Shown here: piece after piece, positions 37,501 through 52,500 of the stretch
How the letters are laid out: every line of letters starts with the position of its first letter
How positions within the stretch are numbered: the stretch's first letter is position 1
Program-made: the position numbers and the translations under genes
Assembly: GCA_964016885.1 (NCBI GenBank)
Contig: OZ024745.1
Span: forward strand, 68,572,001 to 68,636,000
Length of the DNA: 64,000 nucleotides
Origin: Eledone cirrhosa
Lineage: Eukaryota
Direction: 5' to 3'
The notes under the pieces: generated by a model
What the model was told of the DNA's origin: nothing
Databases searched by the model: none
The model's input: the letters and a program-made list of their open reading frames with translations, nothing else

Positions 37501-40500
37501 TACAGGAGGAAAGGTAAACAGAACTGCTAAAGACTAGTCTTACAGGAGGGAAGGTAAACAGAACTGCTAAAGACTAGTCTTACAGGAGGAAAGGTAAACA
37601 GAACTGCTAAAGACTAGTCTTACAGGAGGGAAGGTAAACAGAACTGCTAAATACTAGTCTTACAGGAGGAAAGGTAAACAGAACTGCTAAAGACTAGTCT
37701 TACAGGAGGGAAGGTAAACAGAACTGCTAAAGACTAGTCTTACAGGAGGGAAGGTAAACAAAACTGCTAAAGACAAGTCTTACAGGAGGGAAGGTAAACA
37801 GAACTGCTAAAGACAAGTCTTACAGGAGGGAAGGTAAACAGAACTGCTAAAGACTAGTCTTACATGAGGGAAGGTAAACAGAACTGCTAAAGACTAGTCT
37901 TACAGGAGGGAAGGTAAACAGAACTGCTAAAGACTAGTCTTACTGGAGGGAAGGTAAACAGAACTGCTAAAGACTAGTCTTACAGGAGGGAAGGTAAACA
38001 GAACTGCTAAAGACTAGTCTTACAGGAGGAAAGGTAAACAGAACTGCTAAAGACTAGTCTTACAGGAGGGAAGGTAAACAGAACTGCCAAAGACTAGTCT
38101 TACAGGAGGGAAGGTAAACAGAACTGCTAAAGACTAGTCTTACAGGAGGGAAGGTAAACAGAACTGCTAAAGACTAGTCTTACTGGAGGGAAGGTAAACA
38201 GAACTGCTAAAGACTAGTCTTACAGGAGGGAAGGTAAACAGAACTGCTAAAGACTAGTCTTACTGGAGGGTAGGTAAACAGAACTGCTAAAGACTAGTCT
38301 TACAGGAGGGAAGGTAAACAGAACTGCTAAAGACTAGTCTTACTGGAGGGAAGGTAAACAGAACTGCTAAAGACTAGTCTTACTGGAGGGAAGGTAAACA
38401 GAACTGCTAAATACTAGTCTTACATTGGGGAACGTAAACAGAACTGCTAAAGACAAGTCTTACAGGAGGGAAGGTAAACAGAACTGCTAAAGACTAGTCT
38501 TACAGGAGGGAAGGTAAACAGAACTGCTAAATACTAGTCTTACATTGGGGAAGGTAAACAGAACTGCTAAATACTAGTCTTACATTGGGGAAGGTAAACA
38601 GAACTGCTAAATACTAGTCTTACAGGAGGGAAGGTAAACAGAACTGCTAAAGACAAGTCTTACATTGGGGAAGGTAAACAGAACTGCTAAATACTAGTCT
38701 TACAGGAGGGAAGGTAAACAGAACTGCTAAATACTAGTCTTACAGGAGGGAAGGTAAACAGAACTGCTAAAGACTAGTCTTACTGGAGGGAAGGTAAACA
38801 GAACTGCTAAAGACTAGTCTTACAGGAGGGAAGGTAAACAGAACTGCTAAATACTAGTCTTACATTGGGGAACGTAAACAGAACTGCTAAAGACAAGTCT
38901 TACAGGAGGGAAGGTAAACAGAACTGCTAAAGACTAGTCTTACTGGAGGGAAGGTAAACAGTACTGCTAAAGACTAGTCTTACAGGAGGGAAGGTAAACA
39001 GAACTGCTAAAGACTAGTCTTACATTGGGGAACGTAAACAGAACTGCTAAAGACAAGTCTTACAGGAGGGAAGGTAAACAGAACTGCTAAATACTAGTCT
39101 TACATTGGGGAACGTAAACAGAACTGCTAAATACTAGTCTTACAGGAGGAAAGATAAACAGAACTGCTAAAGACAAGTCTTACAGGAGGGAAGGTAAACA
39201 GAACTGCTAAAGACAAGTCTTACAGGAGGGAAGGTAAACAGAACTGCTAAAGACTAGTCTTACTGGAGGGAAGGTAAACAGAACTGCTAAAGACTAGTCT
39301 TACAGGAGGGAAGGTAAACAGAACTGCTAAAGACTAGTCTTACATTGGGGAACGTAAACAGAACTGCTAAAGACAAGTCTTACAGGAGGGAAGGTAAACA
39401 GAACTGCAAAAGACTAGTCTTACATTGGGGAACGTAAATAGAACTGCTAAAGGCAAGTCTTACTGGAGGGAAGGTAAACAGAACTGCTAAAGACTAGTCT
39501 TACAGGAGGGAAGGTAAACAGAACTGCTAAAGACTAGTCTTACTGGAGGGAAGGTAAATAGAACTGCTAAAGACTAGTCTTACTGGAGGGAAGGTAAACA
39601 GAACTGCTAAAGACTAGTCTTACAGGAGGGAAGGTAAACAGAACTGCTAAAGACTAGTCTTACAGGAGGGAAGGTAAACAGAACTGCTAAAGACTAGTCT
39701 TACATTGGGGAACGTAAACATAACTGCTAAAGACAAGTCTTACTGGAGGGAACGTAAACAGAACTGCTAAAGACTAGTCTTACAGGAGGGAGGGTAAACA
39801 GAACTACTAAAGACTAGTCTTACTGGAGGGAAGGTAAACAGAACTGCGAAAGACTAGTCTTACAGGAGGGAAGGTAAACAGAACTGCTAAAGACTAGTCT
39901 TACATTGCGGAACGTAAACAGAACTGCTAAAGACAAGTCTTACTGGAGGGAAGGTAAACAGAACTGCTAAAGACTAGTCTTACAGGAGGGAAGGTAAACA
40001 GAACTGCTAAAGACTAGTCTTACTGGAGGGAAGGTAAACAGAACTGCTAAAGACTAGTCTTACAGGAGGGAAGTTAAACAGAACTGCTAAATACTAGTCT
40101 TACATTGGGGAACGTAAACAGAACTGCTAAATACTAGTCTTACAGGAGGAAAGGTAAACAGAACTGCTAAAGACAAGTCTTACAGGAGGGAAGTTAAACA
40201 GAACTGCTAAAGACTAGTCTTACAGGAGGGAAGGTAAACAGAACTGCTAAAGACTAGTCTTACTGGAGGGAAGGTAAACAGAACTGCTAAAGACTAGTCT
40301 TACAGGACGGAAGGTAAACAGAACTGCTAAAGACTAGGTTTACAGGAGGAAAGTAAACAGAACTGCTAAAGACTAGTCTTACAGGAGGGAAGGTAAACAG
40401 AACTGCTAAAGACTAGTCTTACAGGAGGAAAGGTAAACAGAACTGCTAAATACTAGTCTTACATTGAGGAACGTAAACAGAACTGCTAAAGACAAGTCTT

Positions 40501-43500
40501 ACAGGAGGGAAGGTAAACAGAACTGCTAAAGACTAGTCTTACAGGAGGGAAAGTAAACAGAACTGCTAAAGACTAGTCTTACATTGGGGAACGTAAACAG
40601 AACTGCTAAAGACAAGTCTTACAGGAGGGAAGGTAAACAGAACTGCTAAAGACTAGTCTTACAGGAGGGAAGGTAAACAGAACTGCTAAAGACTAGTCTT
40701 ACAGGAGGGAAGGTAAACAGAACTGCTAAATACTAGTCTTACAGGAGGAAAGGTAAACAGAACTGCTAAAGACTAGTCTTACAGGAGGGAAGGTAAACGG
40801 AACTGCTAAAGACTAGTCTTACAGGAGGGAAGGTAAACAGAACTGCTAAATACTAGTCTTACATTGGGTAACGTAAACAGAACTGCTAAAGACAAGCCTT
40901 ACAGGAGGGAAGGTAAACAGAACTGCTAAAGACTAGTCTTACATTGGGGAACGTAAACAGAACTGCTAAAGACAAGTCTTACAGGAGGGAAGGTAAACAG
41001 AACTGCTAAAGACAAGTCTTACAGGAGGGAAGGTAAACAGAACTGCTAAAGACTAGTCTTACAGGAGGAAAGGTAAACAGAACTGCTAAATACTAGTCTT
41101 ACATTGGGGAACGTAAACAGAACTGCTAAAGACAAGTCTTACAGGAGGGAAGGTAAACAGAACTGCTAAATACTAGTCTGACATTGGGGAACGTAAACAG
41201 AACTGCTAAAGACAAGTCTTACAGGAGGGAAGGTAAACAGAACTGCTAAAGACAAGTCTTACAGGAGGGAAGGTAAACAGAACTGCTAAAGACTAGTCTT
41301 ACAGGAGGAAAGGTAAACAGAACTGCTAAATACTAGTCTTACATTGGGGAACGTAAACAGAACTGCTAAAGACAAGTCTTACAGGAGGGAAGGTAAACAG
41401 AACTGCTAAAGACTAGTCTTACAGGAGGGAAGGTAAACAGAACTGCTAAATACTAGTCTTACAGGAGGAAAGGTAAACAGAACTGCTAAAGACTAGTCTT
41501 ACAGGAGGGAAGGTAAACAGAACTGCTAAAGACTATTCTTACAGGAGGGAAGGTAAACAGAACTGCTAAATACTAGTCTTACATTGGGGAACGTAAACAG
41601 AACTGCTAAAGACAAGTCTTACAGGAGGGAAGGTAAACAGAACTGCTAAAGACTAGTCTTACAGGAGGGAAGGTAAACAGAACTGCTAAAGACAAGTCTT
41701 ACAGGAGGGAAGGTAAACAGAACTGCTAAAGACTAGTCTTACAGGAGGGAAGGTAAACAGAACTGCTAAAGACTAGTCTTACAGGAGGAAAGGTAAACAG
41801 AACTGCTAAAGACTAGTCTTACAGGAGGGAAGGTAAACAGAACTGCTAAAGACTATTCTTACAGGAGGGAAGGTAAACAGAACTGCTAAATACTAGTCTT
41901 ACATTGGGGAACGTAAACAGAACTGCTAAAGACAAGTCTTACAGGAGGGAAGGTAAACAGAACTGCTAAAGACTAGTCTTACAGGAGGGAAGGTAAACAG
42001 AACTGCTAAAGACTAGTCTTACTGGAGGGAAGGTAAACAGAACTGCTAAAGACTAGTCTTACAGGAGGGAAGGTAAACAGAACTGCTAAAGACTAGTCTT
42101 ACTGGAGGGTAGGTAAACAGAACTGCTAAAGACTAGTCTTACAGGAGGGAAGGTAAACAGAACTGCTAAAGACTAGTCTTACTGGAGGGAAGGTAAACAG
42201 AACTGCTAAACACTAGTCTTACTGGAGGGAAGGTAAACAGAACTGCTAAATACTAGTCTTACATTGGGGAACGTAAACAGAACTGCTAAAGACAAGTCTT
42301 ACAGGAGGGAAGGTAAACAGAACTGCTAAAGACTAGTCTTACAGGAGGGAAGGTAAACAGAACTGCTAAATACTAGTCTTACATTGGGGAAGGTAAACAG
42401 AACTGCTAAATACTAGTCTTACATTGGGGAAGGTAAACAGAACTGCTAAATACTAGTCTTACAGGAGGGAAGGTAAACAGAACTGCTAAAGACAAGTCTT
42501 ACATTGGGGAAGGTAAACAGAACTGCTAAATACTAGTCTTACAGGAGGGAAGGTAAACAGAACTGCTAAATACTAGTCTTACAGGAGGGAAGGTAAACAG
42601 AACTGCTAAAGACTAGTCTTACTGGAGGGAAGGTAAACAGAACTGCTAAAGACTAGTCTTACAGGAGGGAAGGTAAACAGAACTGCTAAATACTAGTCTT
42701 ACATTGGGGAACGTAAACAGAACTGCTAAAGACAAGTCTTACAGGAGGGAAGGTAAACAGAACTGCTAAATACTAGTCTTACATTGGGGAACGTAAACAG
42801 AACTGCTAAATACTAGTCTTACAGGAGGAAAGATAAACAGAACTGCTAAAGACAAGTCTTACAGGAGGGAAGGTAAACAGAACTGCTAAAGACAAGTCTT
42901 ACAGGAGGGAAGGTAAAAAGAACTGCTAAAGACTAGTCTTACAGGAGGGAAGGTAAACAGAACTGCTAAAGACTAGTCTTACTGGAGGGAAGGTAAACAG
43001 AACTGCTAAAGACTAGTCTTACAGGAGGGAAGGTAAACAGAACTGCTAAAGACTAGTCTTACATTGGGGAACGTAAACAGAACTGCTAAAGACAAGTCTT
43101 ACAGGAGGGAAGGTAAACAGAACTGCTAAAGACTAGTCTTACATTGGGGAACGTAAATAGAACTGCTAAAGGCAAGTCTTACTGGAGGGAAGGTAAACAG
43201 AACTGCTAAAGACTAGTCTTACAGGAGGGAAGGTAAACAGAACTGCTAAAGACTAGTCTTACTGGAGGGAAGGTAAACAGAACTGCTAAAGACTAGTCTT
43301 ACAGGAGGGAAGGTAAATAGAACTGCTAAAGACTAGTCTTACTGGAGGGAAGGTAAACAGAACTGCTAAAGACTAGTCTTACAGGAGGGAAGGTAAACAG
43401 AACTGCTAAAGACTAGTCTTACAGGAGGGAAGGTAAACAGAACTGCTAAAGACTAGTCTTACATTGGGGAACGTAAACATAACTGCTAAAGACAAGTCTT

Positions 43501-46500
43501 ACTGGAGGGAACGTAAACAGAACTGCTAAAGACTAGTCTTACAGGAGGGAGGGTAAACAGAACTACTAAAGACTAGTCTTACTGGAGGGAAGGTAAACAG
43601 AACTGCTAAAGACTAGTCTTACAGGAGGGAAGGTAAACAGAACTGCTAAAGACTAGTCTTACATTGCGGAACGTAAACAGAACTGCTAAAGACAAGTCTT
43701 ACTGGAGGGAAGGTAAACAGAACTGCTAAAGACTAGTCTTACAGGAGGGAAGGTAAACAGAACTGCTAAAGACTAGTCTTACTGGAGGGAAGGTAAACAG
43801 AACTGCTAAAGACTAGTCTTACAGGAGGGAAGTTAAACAGAACTGCTAAATACTAGTCTTACATTGGGGAACGTAAACAGAACTGCTAAATACTAGTCTT
43901 ACAGGAGGAAAGGTAAACAGAACTGCTAAAGACAAGTCTTACAGGAGGGAAGTTAAACAGAACTGCTAAAGACTAGTCTTACAGGAGGGAAGGTAAACAG
44001 AACTGCTAAAGACTAGTCTTACTGGAGGGAAGGTAAACAGAACTGCTAAAGACTAGTCTTACAGGACGGAAGGTAAACAGAACTGCTAAAGACTAGGTTT
44101 ACAGGAGGAAAGTAAACAGAACTGCTAAAGACTAGTCTTACAGGAGGGAAGGTAAACAGAACTGCTAAAGACTAGTCTTACAGGAGGAAAGGTAAACAGA
44201 ACTGCTAAATACTAGTCTTACATTGAGGAACGTAAACAGAACTGCTAAAGACAAGTCTTACAGGAGGGAAGGTAAACAGAACTGCTAAAGACTAGTCTTA
44301 CAGGAGGGAAAGTAAACAGAACTGCTAAAGACTAGTCTTACATTGGGGAACGTAAACAGAACTGCTAAAGACAAGTCTTACAGGAGGGAAGGTAAACAGA
44401 ACTGCTAAAGACTAGTCTTACAGGAGGGAAGGTAAACAGAACTGCTAAAGACTAGTCTTACAGGAGGGAAGGTAAACAGAACTGCTAAATACTAGTCTTA
44501 CAGGAGGAAAGGTAAACAGAACTGCTAAAGACTAGTCTTACAGGAGGGAAGGTAAACGGAACTGCTAAAGACTAGTCTTACAGGAGGGAAGGTAAACAGA
44601 ACTGCTAAATACTAGTCTTACATTGGGTAACGTAAACAGAACTGCTAAAGACAAGCCTTACAGGAGGGAAGGTAAACAGAACTGCTAAAGACTAGTCTTA
44701 CATTGGGGAACGTAAACAGAACTGCTAAAGACAAGTCTTACAGGAGGGAAGGTAAACAGAACTGCTAAAGACAAGTCTTACAGGAGGGAAGGTAAACAGA
44801 ACTGCTAAAGACTAGTCTTACAGGAGGAAAGGTAAACAGAACTGCTAAATACTAGTCTTACATTGGGGAACGTAAACAGAACTGCTAAAGACAAGTCTTA
44901 CAGGAGGGAAGGTAAACAGAACTGCTAAAGACAAGTCTTACAGGAGGGAAGGTAAAAAGAACTGCTAAAGACTAGTCTTACAGGAGGGAAGGTAAACAGA
45001 ACTGCTAAAGACTAGTCTTACTGGAGGGAAGGTAAACAGAACTGCTAAAGACTAGTCTTACAGGAGGGAAGGTAAACAGAACTGCTAAAGACTAGTCTTA
45101 CATTGGGGAACGTAAACAGAACTGCTAAAGACAAGTCTTACAGGAGGGAAGGTAAACAGAACTGCTAAAGACTAGTCTTACATTGGGGAACGTAAATAGA
45201 ACTGCTAAAGGCAAGTCTTACTGGAGGGAAGGTAAACAGAACTGCTAAAGACTAGTCTTACAGGAGGGAAGGTAAACAGAACTGCTAAAGACTAGTCTTA
45301 CTGGAGGGAAGGTAAACAGAACTGCTAAAGACTAGTCTTACAGGAGGGAAGGTAAATAGAACTGCTAAAGACTAGTCTTACTGGAGGGAAGGTAAACAGA
45401 ACTGCTAAAGACTAGTCTTACAGGAGGGAAGGTAAACAGAACTGCTAAAGACTAGTCTTACAGGAGGGAAGGTAAACAGAACTGCTAAAGACTAGTCTTA
45501 CATTGGGGAACGTAAACATAACTGCTAAAGACAAGTCTTACTGGAGGGAACGTAAACAGAACTGCTAAAGACTAGTCTTACAGGAGGGAGGGTAAACAGA
45601 ACTACTAAAGACTAGTCTTACTGGAGGGAAGGTAAACAGAACTGCTAAAGACTAGTCTTACAGGAGGGAAGGTAAACAGAACTGCTAAAGACTAGTCTTA
45701 CATTGCGGAACGTAAACAGAACTGCTAAAGACAAGTCTTACTGGAGGGAAGGTAAACAGAACTGCTAAAGACTAGTCTTACAGGAGGGAAGGTAAACAGA
45801 ACTGCTAAAGACTAGTCTTACTGGAGGGAAGGTAAACAGAACTGCTAAAGACTAGTCTTACAGGAGGGAAGTTAAACAGAACTGCTAAATACTAGTCTTA
45901 CATTGGGGAACGTAAACAGAACTGCTAAATACTAGTCTTACAGGAGGAAAGGTAAACAGAACTGCTAAAGACAAGTCTTACAGGAGGGAAGTTAAACAGA
46001 ACTGCTAAAGACTAGTCTTACAGGAGGGAAGGTAAACAGAACTGCTAAAGACTAGTCTTACTGGAGGGAAGGTAAACAGAACTGCTAAAGACTAGTCTTA
46101 CAGGACGGAAGGTAAACAGAACTGCTAAAGACTAGGTTTACAGGAGGAAAGTAAACAGAACTGCTAAAGACTAGTCTTACAGGAGGGAAGGTAAACAGAA
46201 CTGCTAAAGACTAGTCTTACAGGAGGAAAGGTAAACAGAACTGCTAAATACTAGTCTTACATTGAGGAACGTAAACAGAACTGCTAAAGACAAGTCTTAC
46301 AGGAGGGAAGGTAAACAGAACTGCTAAAGACTAGTCTTACAGGAGGGAAAGTAAACAGAACTGCTAAAGACTAGTCTTACATTGGGGAACGTAAACAGAA
46401 CTGCTAAAGACAAGTCTTACAGGAGGGAAGGTAAACAGAACTGCTAAAGACTAGTCTTACAGGAGGGAAGGTAAACAGAACTGCTAAAGACTAGTCTTAC

Positions 46501-49500
46501 AGGAGGGAAGGTAAACAGAACTGCTAAATACTAGTCTTACAGGAGGAAAGGTAAACAGAACTGCTAAAGACTAGTCTTACAGGAGGGAAGGTAAACGGAA
46601 CTGCTAAAGACTAGTCTTACAGGAGGGAAGGTAAACAGAACTGCTAAATACTAGTCTTACATTGGGTAACGTAAACAGAACTGCTAAAGACAAGCCTTAC
46701 AGGAGGGAAGGTAAACAGAACTGCTAAAGACTAGTCTTACATTGGGGAACGTAAACAGAACTGCTAAAGACAAGTCTTACAGGAGGGAAGGTAAACAGAA
46801 CTGCTAAAGACAAGTCTTACAGGAGGGAAGGTAAACAGAACTGCTAAAGACTAGTCTTACAGGAGGAAAGGTAAACAGAACTGCTAAATACTAGTCTTAC
46901 ATTGGGGAACGTAAACAGAACTGCTAAAGACAAGTCTTACAGGAGGGAAGGTAAACAGAACTGCTAAATACTAGTCTGACATTGGGGAACGTAAACAGAA
47001 CTGCTAAAGACAAGTCTTACAGGAGGGAAGGTAAACAGAACTGCTAAAGACAAGTCTTACAGGAGGGAAGGTAAACAGAACTGCTAAAGACTAGTCTTAC
47101 AGGAGGAAAGGTAAACAGAACTGCTAAATACTAGTCTTACATTGGGGAACGTAAACAGAACTGCTAAAGACAAGTCTTACAGGAGGGAAGGTAAACAGAA
47201 CTGCTAAAGACTAGTCTTACAGGAGGGAAGGTAAACAGAACTGCTAAATACTAGTCTTACAGGAGGAAAGGTAAACAGAACTGCTAAAGACTAGTCTTAC
47301 AGGAGGGAAGGTAAACAGAACTGCTAAAGACTATTCTTAGAGGAGGGAAGGTAAACAGAACTGCTAAATACTAGTCTTACATTGGGGAACGTAAACAGAA
47401 CTGCTAAAGACAAGTCTTACAGGAGGGAAGGTAAACAGAACTGCTAAAGACTAGTCTTACAGGAGGGAAGGTAAACAGAACTGCTAAAGACAAGTCTTAC
47501 AGGAGGGAAGGTAAACAGAACTGCTAAAGACTAGTCTTACAGGAGGAAAGGTAAACAGAACTGCTAAAGACTAGTCTTACAGGAGGAAAGGTAAACAGAA
47601 CTGCTAAATACTAGTCTTACATTGGGGAACGTAAACAGAACTGCTAAAGACAAGTCTTACAGGAGGGAAGGTAAACAGAACTGCTAAAGACTAGTCTTAC
47701 AGCAGGGAAGGTAAACAGAACTGCTAAATACTAGTCTTACAGGAGGAAAGGTAAACAGAACTGCTAAAGACTAGTCTTACAGGAGGGAAGGTAAACAGAA
47801 CTGCTAAAGACTAGTCTTACAGGAGGGAAGGTAAACAGAACTGCTAAATACTAGTCTTACATTGGGGAACGTAAACAGAACTGCTAAAGACAAGTCTTAC
47901 AGGAGGGAAGGTAAACAGAACTGCTAAAGACTAGTCTTACAGGAGGGAAGGTAAACAGAACTGCTAAAGACTAGTCTTACAGGAGGGAAGGTAAACGAAA
48001 ATGCTAAAGAGAAGTCTTACAGGAGGGAGGGTAAACAGAACTGCTAAAGACAAGTCTTACAGGAGGAAAGGTAAACAGAACTGCTAAAGACTAGTCTTAC
48101 AGGAGGGAAGGTAAACAGAACTGCTAAAGACTAGTCTTACAGGAGGAAAGGTAAACAGAACTGCTAAAGACTAGTCTTACAGGAGGGAAGGTAAACAGAA
48201 CTGCTAAATACTAGTCTTACAGGAGGAAAGGTAAACAGAACTGCTAAAGACTAGTCTTACAGGAGGGAAGGTAAACAGAACTGCTAAAGACTAGTCTTAC
48301 AGGAGGGAAGGTAAACAGAACTGCTAAAGACAAGTCTTACAGGAGGGAAGGTAAACAGAACTGCTAAAGACAAGTCTTACAGGAGGGAAGGTAAACAGAA
48401 CTGCTAAAGACTAGTCTTACAGGAGGGAAGGTAAACAGAACTGCTAAAGACTAGTCTTACAGGAGGGAAGGTAAACAGAACTGCTAAAGACTAGTCTTAC
48501 TGGAGGGAAGGTAAACAGAACTGCTAAAGACTAGTCTTACAGGAGGGAAGGTAAACAGAACTGCTAAAGACTAGTCTTACAGGAGGAAAGGTAAACAGAA
48601 CTGCTAAAGACTAGTCTTACAGGAGGGAAGGTAAACAGAACTGCCAAAGACTAGTCTTACGGGAGGGAAGGTAAACAGAACTGCTAAAGACTAGTCTTAC
48701 AGGAGGGAAGGTAAACAGAACTGCTAAAGACTAGTCTTACTGGAGGGAAGGTAAACAGAACTGCTAAAGACTAGTCTTACAGGAGGGAAGGTAAACAGAA
48801 CTGCTAAAGACTAGTCTTACTGGAGGGTAGGTAAACAGAACTGCTAAAGACTAGTCTTACAGGAGGGAAGGTAAACAGAACTGCTAAAGACTAGTCTTAC
48901 TGGAGGGAAGGTAAACAGAACTGCTAAAGACTAGTCTTACTGGAGGGAAGGTAAACAGAACTGCTAAATACTAGTCTTACATTGGGGAACGTAAACAGAA
49001 CTGCTAAAGACAAGTCTTACAGGAGGGAAGGTAAACAGAACTGCTAAAGACTAGTCTTACAGGAGGGAAGGTAAACAGAACTGCTAAATACTAGTCTTAC
49101 ATTGGGGAAGGTAAACAGAACTGCTAAATACTAGTCTTACATTGGGGAAGGTAAACAGAACTGCTAAATACTAGTCTTACAGGAGGGAAGGTAAACAGAA
49201 CTGCTAAAGACAAGTCTTACATTGGGGAAGGTAAACAGAACTGCTAAATACTAGTCTTACAGGAGGGAAGGTAAACAGAACTGCTAAATACTAGTCTTAC
49301 AGGAGGGAAGGTAAACAGAACTGCTAAAGACTAGTCTTACTGGAGGGAAGGTAAACAGAACTGCTAAAGACTAGTCTTACAGGAGGGAAGGTAAACAGAT
49401 CTGCTAAATACTAGTCTTACATTGGGGAACGTAAACAGAACTGCTAAAGACAAGTCTTACAGGAGGGAAGGTAAACAGAACTGCTAAATACTAGTCTTAC

Positions 49501-52500
49501 ATTGGGGAACGTAAACAGAACTGCTAAATACTAGTCTTACAGGAGGAAAGATAAACAGAACTGCTAAAGACAAGTCTTACAGGAGGGAAGGTAAACAGAA
49601 CTGCTAAAGACAAGTCATACAGGAGGGAAGGTAAAAAGAACTGCTAAAGACTAGTCTTACAGGAGGGAAGGTAAACAGAACTGCTAAAGTCTAGTCTTAC
49701 TGGAGGGAAGGTAAACAGAACTGCTAAAGACTAGTCTTACAGGAGGGAAGGTAAACAGAACTGCTAAAGACTAGTCTTACATTGGGGAACGTAAACAGAA
49801 CTGCTAAAGACAAGTCTTACTGGAGGGAAGGTAAACAGAACTGCTAAAGACTAGTCTTACAGGAGGGAAGGTAAACAGAACTGCTAAAGACTAGTCTTAC
49901 ATTGGGGAACGTAAATAGAACTGCTAAAGGCAAGTCTTACTGGAGGGAAGGTAAACAGAACTGCTAAAGACTAGTCTTACAGGAGGGAAGGTAAACAGAA
50001 CTGCTAAAGACTAGTCTTACTGGAGGGAAGGTAAACAGAACTGCTAAAGACTAGTCTTACAGGAGGGAAGGTAAATAGAACTGCTAAAGACTAGTCTTAC
50101 TGGAGGGAAGGTAAACAGAACTGCTAAAGACTAGTCTTACAGGAGGGAAGGTAAACAGAACTGCTAAAGACTAGTCTTACAGGAGGGAAGGTAAACAGAA
50201 CTGCTAAAGACTAGTCTTACATTGGGGAACATAAACATAACTGCTAAAGACAAGTCTTACTGGAGGGAACGTAAACAGAACTGCTAAAGACTAGTCTTAC
50301 AGGAGGGAGGGTAAACAGAACTACTAAAGACTAGTCTTACTGGAGGGAAGGTAAACAGAACTGCTAAAGACTAGTCTTACAGGAGGGAAGGTAAACAGAA
50401 CTGCTAAAGACTAGTCTTACATTGGGGAACGTAAACAGAACTGCTAAAGACAAGTCTTACTGGAGGGAAGGTAAACAGAACTGCTAAAGACTAGTCTTAC
50501 AGGAGGGAAGGTAAACAGAACTGCTAAAGACTAGTCTTACTGGAGGGAAGGTAAACAGAACTGCTAAAGACTAGTCTTACAGGAGGGAAGTTAAACAGAA
50601 CTGCTAAATACTAGTCTTACATTGGGGAACGTAAACAGAACTGCTAAATACTAGTCTTACAGGAGGAAAGGTAAACAGAACTGCTAAAGACAAGTCTTAC
50701 AGGAGGGAAGTTAAACAGAACTGCTAAAGACTAGTCTTACAGGAGGGAAGGTAAACAGAACTGCTAAAGACTAGTCTTACTGGAGGGAAGGTAAACAGAA
50801 CTGCTAAAGACTAGTCTTACAGGACGGAAGGTAAACAGAACTGCTAAAGACTAGTCTTACAGGAGGGAAGGTAAACAGAACTGCTAAAGACTAGTCTTAC
50901 AGGAGGAAAGGTAAACAGAACTGCTAAATACTAGTCTTACATTGAGGAACGTAAACAGAACTGCTAAAGACAAGTCTTACAGGAGGGAAGGTAAACAGAA
51001 CTGCTAAAGACAAGTCTTACAGGAGGGAAAGTAAACAGAACTGCTAAAGACTAGTCTTACATTGGGGAACGTAAACAGAACTGCTAAAGACAAGTCTTAC
51101 AGGAGGGAAGGTAAACAGAACTGCTAAAGACTAGTCTTACAGGAGGGAAGGTAAACAGAACTGCTAAAGACTAGTCTTACAGGAGGAAAGGTAAACAGAA
51201 CTGCTAAATACTAGTCTTACAGGAGGAAAGGTAAACAGAACTGCTAAAGACTAGTCTTACAGGAGGGAAGGTAAACGGAACTGCTAAAGACTAGTCTTAC
51301 AGGAGGGAAGGTAAACAGAACTGCTAAATACTAGTCTTACATTGGGTAACGTAAACAGAACTGCTAAAGACAAGCCTTACAGGAGGGAAGGTAAACAGAA
51401 CTGCTAAAGACTAGTCTTACATTGGGGAACGTAAACAGAACTGCTAAAGACAAGTCTTACAGGAGGGAAGGTAAACAGAACTGCTAAAGACAAGTCTTAC
51501 AGGAGGGAAGGTAAACAGAACTGCTAAAGACTAGTCTTACAGGAGGAAAGGTAAACAGAACTGCTAAATACTAGTCTTACATTGGGGAACGTAAACAGAA
51601 CTGCTAAAGACAAGTCTTACAGGAGGGAAGGTAAACAGAACTGCTAAATACTAGTCTGACATTGGGGAACGTAAACAGAACTGCTAAAGACAAGTCTTAC
51701 AGGAGGGAAGGTAAACAGAACTGCTAAAGACAAGTCTTACAGGAGGGAAGGTAAACAGAACTGCTAAAGACTAGTCTTACAGGAGGAAAGGTAAACAGAA
51801 CTGCTAAATACTAGTCTTACATTGGGGAACGTAAACAGAACTGCTAAAGACAAGTCTTACAGGAGGGAAGGTAAACAGAACTGCTAAAGACTAGTCTTAC
51901 AGGAGGGAAGGTAAACAGAACTGCTAAATACTAGTCTTACAGGAGGAAAGGTAAACAGAACTGCTAAAGACTAGTCTTACAGGAGGGAAGGTAAACAGAA
52001 CTGCTAAAGACTATTCTTACAGGAGGGAAGGTAAACAGAACTGCTAAATACTAGTCTTACATTGGGGAACGTAAACAGAACTGCTAAAGACAAGTCTTAC
52101 AGGAGGGAAGGTAAACAGAACTGCTAAAGACTAGTCTTACAGGAGGGAAGGTAAACAGAACTGCTAAAGACAAGTCTTACAGGAGGGAGGGTAAACAGAA
52201 CTGCTAAAGACAAGTCTTACAGGAGGAAAGGTAAACAGAACTGCTAAAGACTAGTCTTACAGGAGGGAAGGTAAACAGAACTGCTAAATACTAGTCTTAC
52301 AGGAGGAAAGGTAAACAGAACTGCTAAAGACTAGTCTTACAGGAGGGAAGGTAAACAGAACTGCTAAAGACTAGTCTTACAGGAGGGAAGGTAAACAGAA
52401 CTGCTAAAGACAAGTCTTACAGGAGGGAAGGTAAACAGAACTGCTAAAGACAAGTCTTACAGGAGGGAAGGTAAACAGAACTGCTAAAGACTAGTCTTAC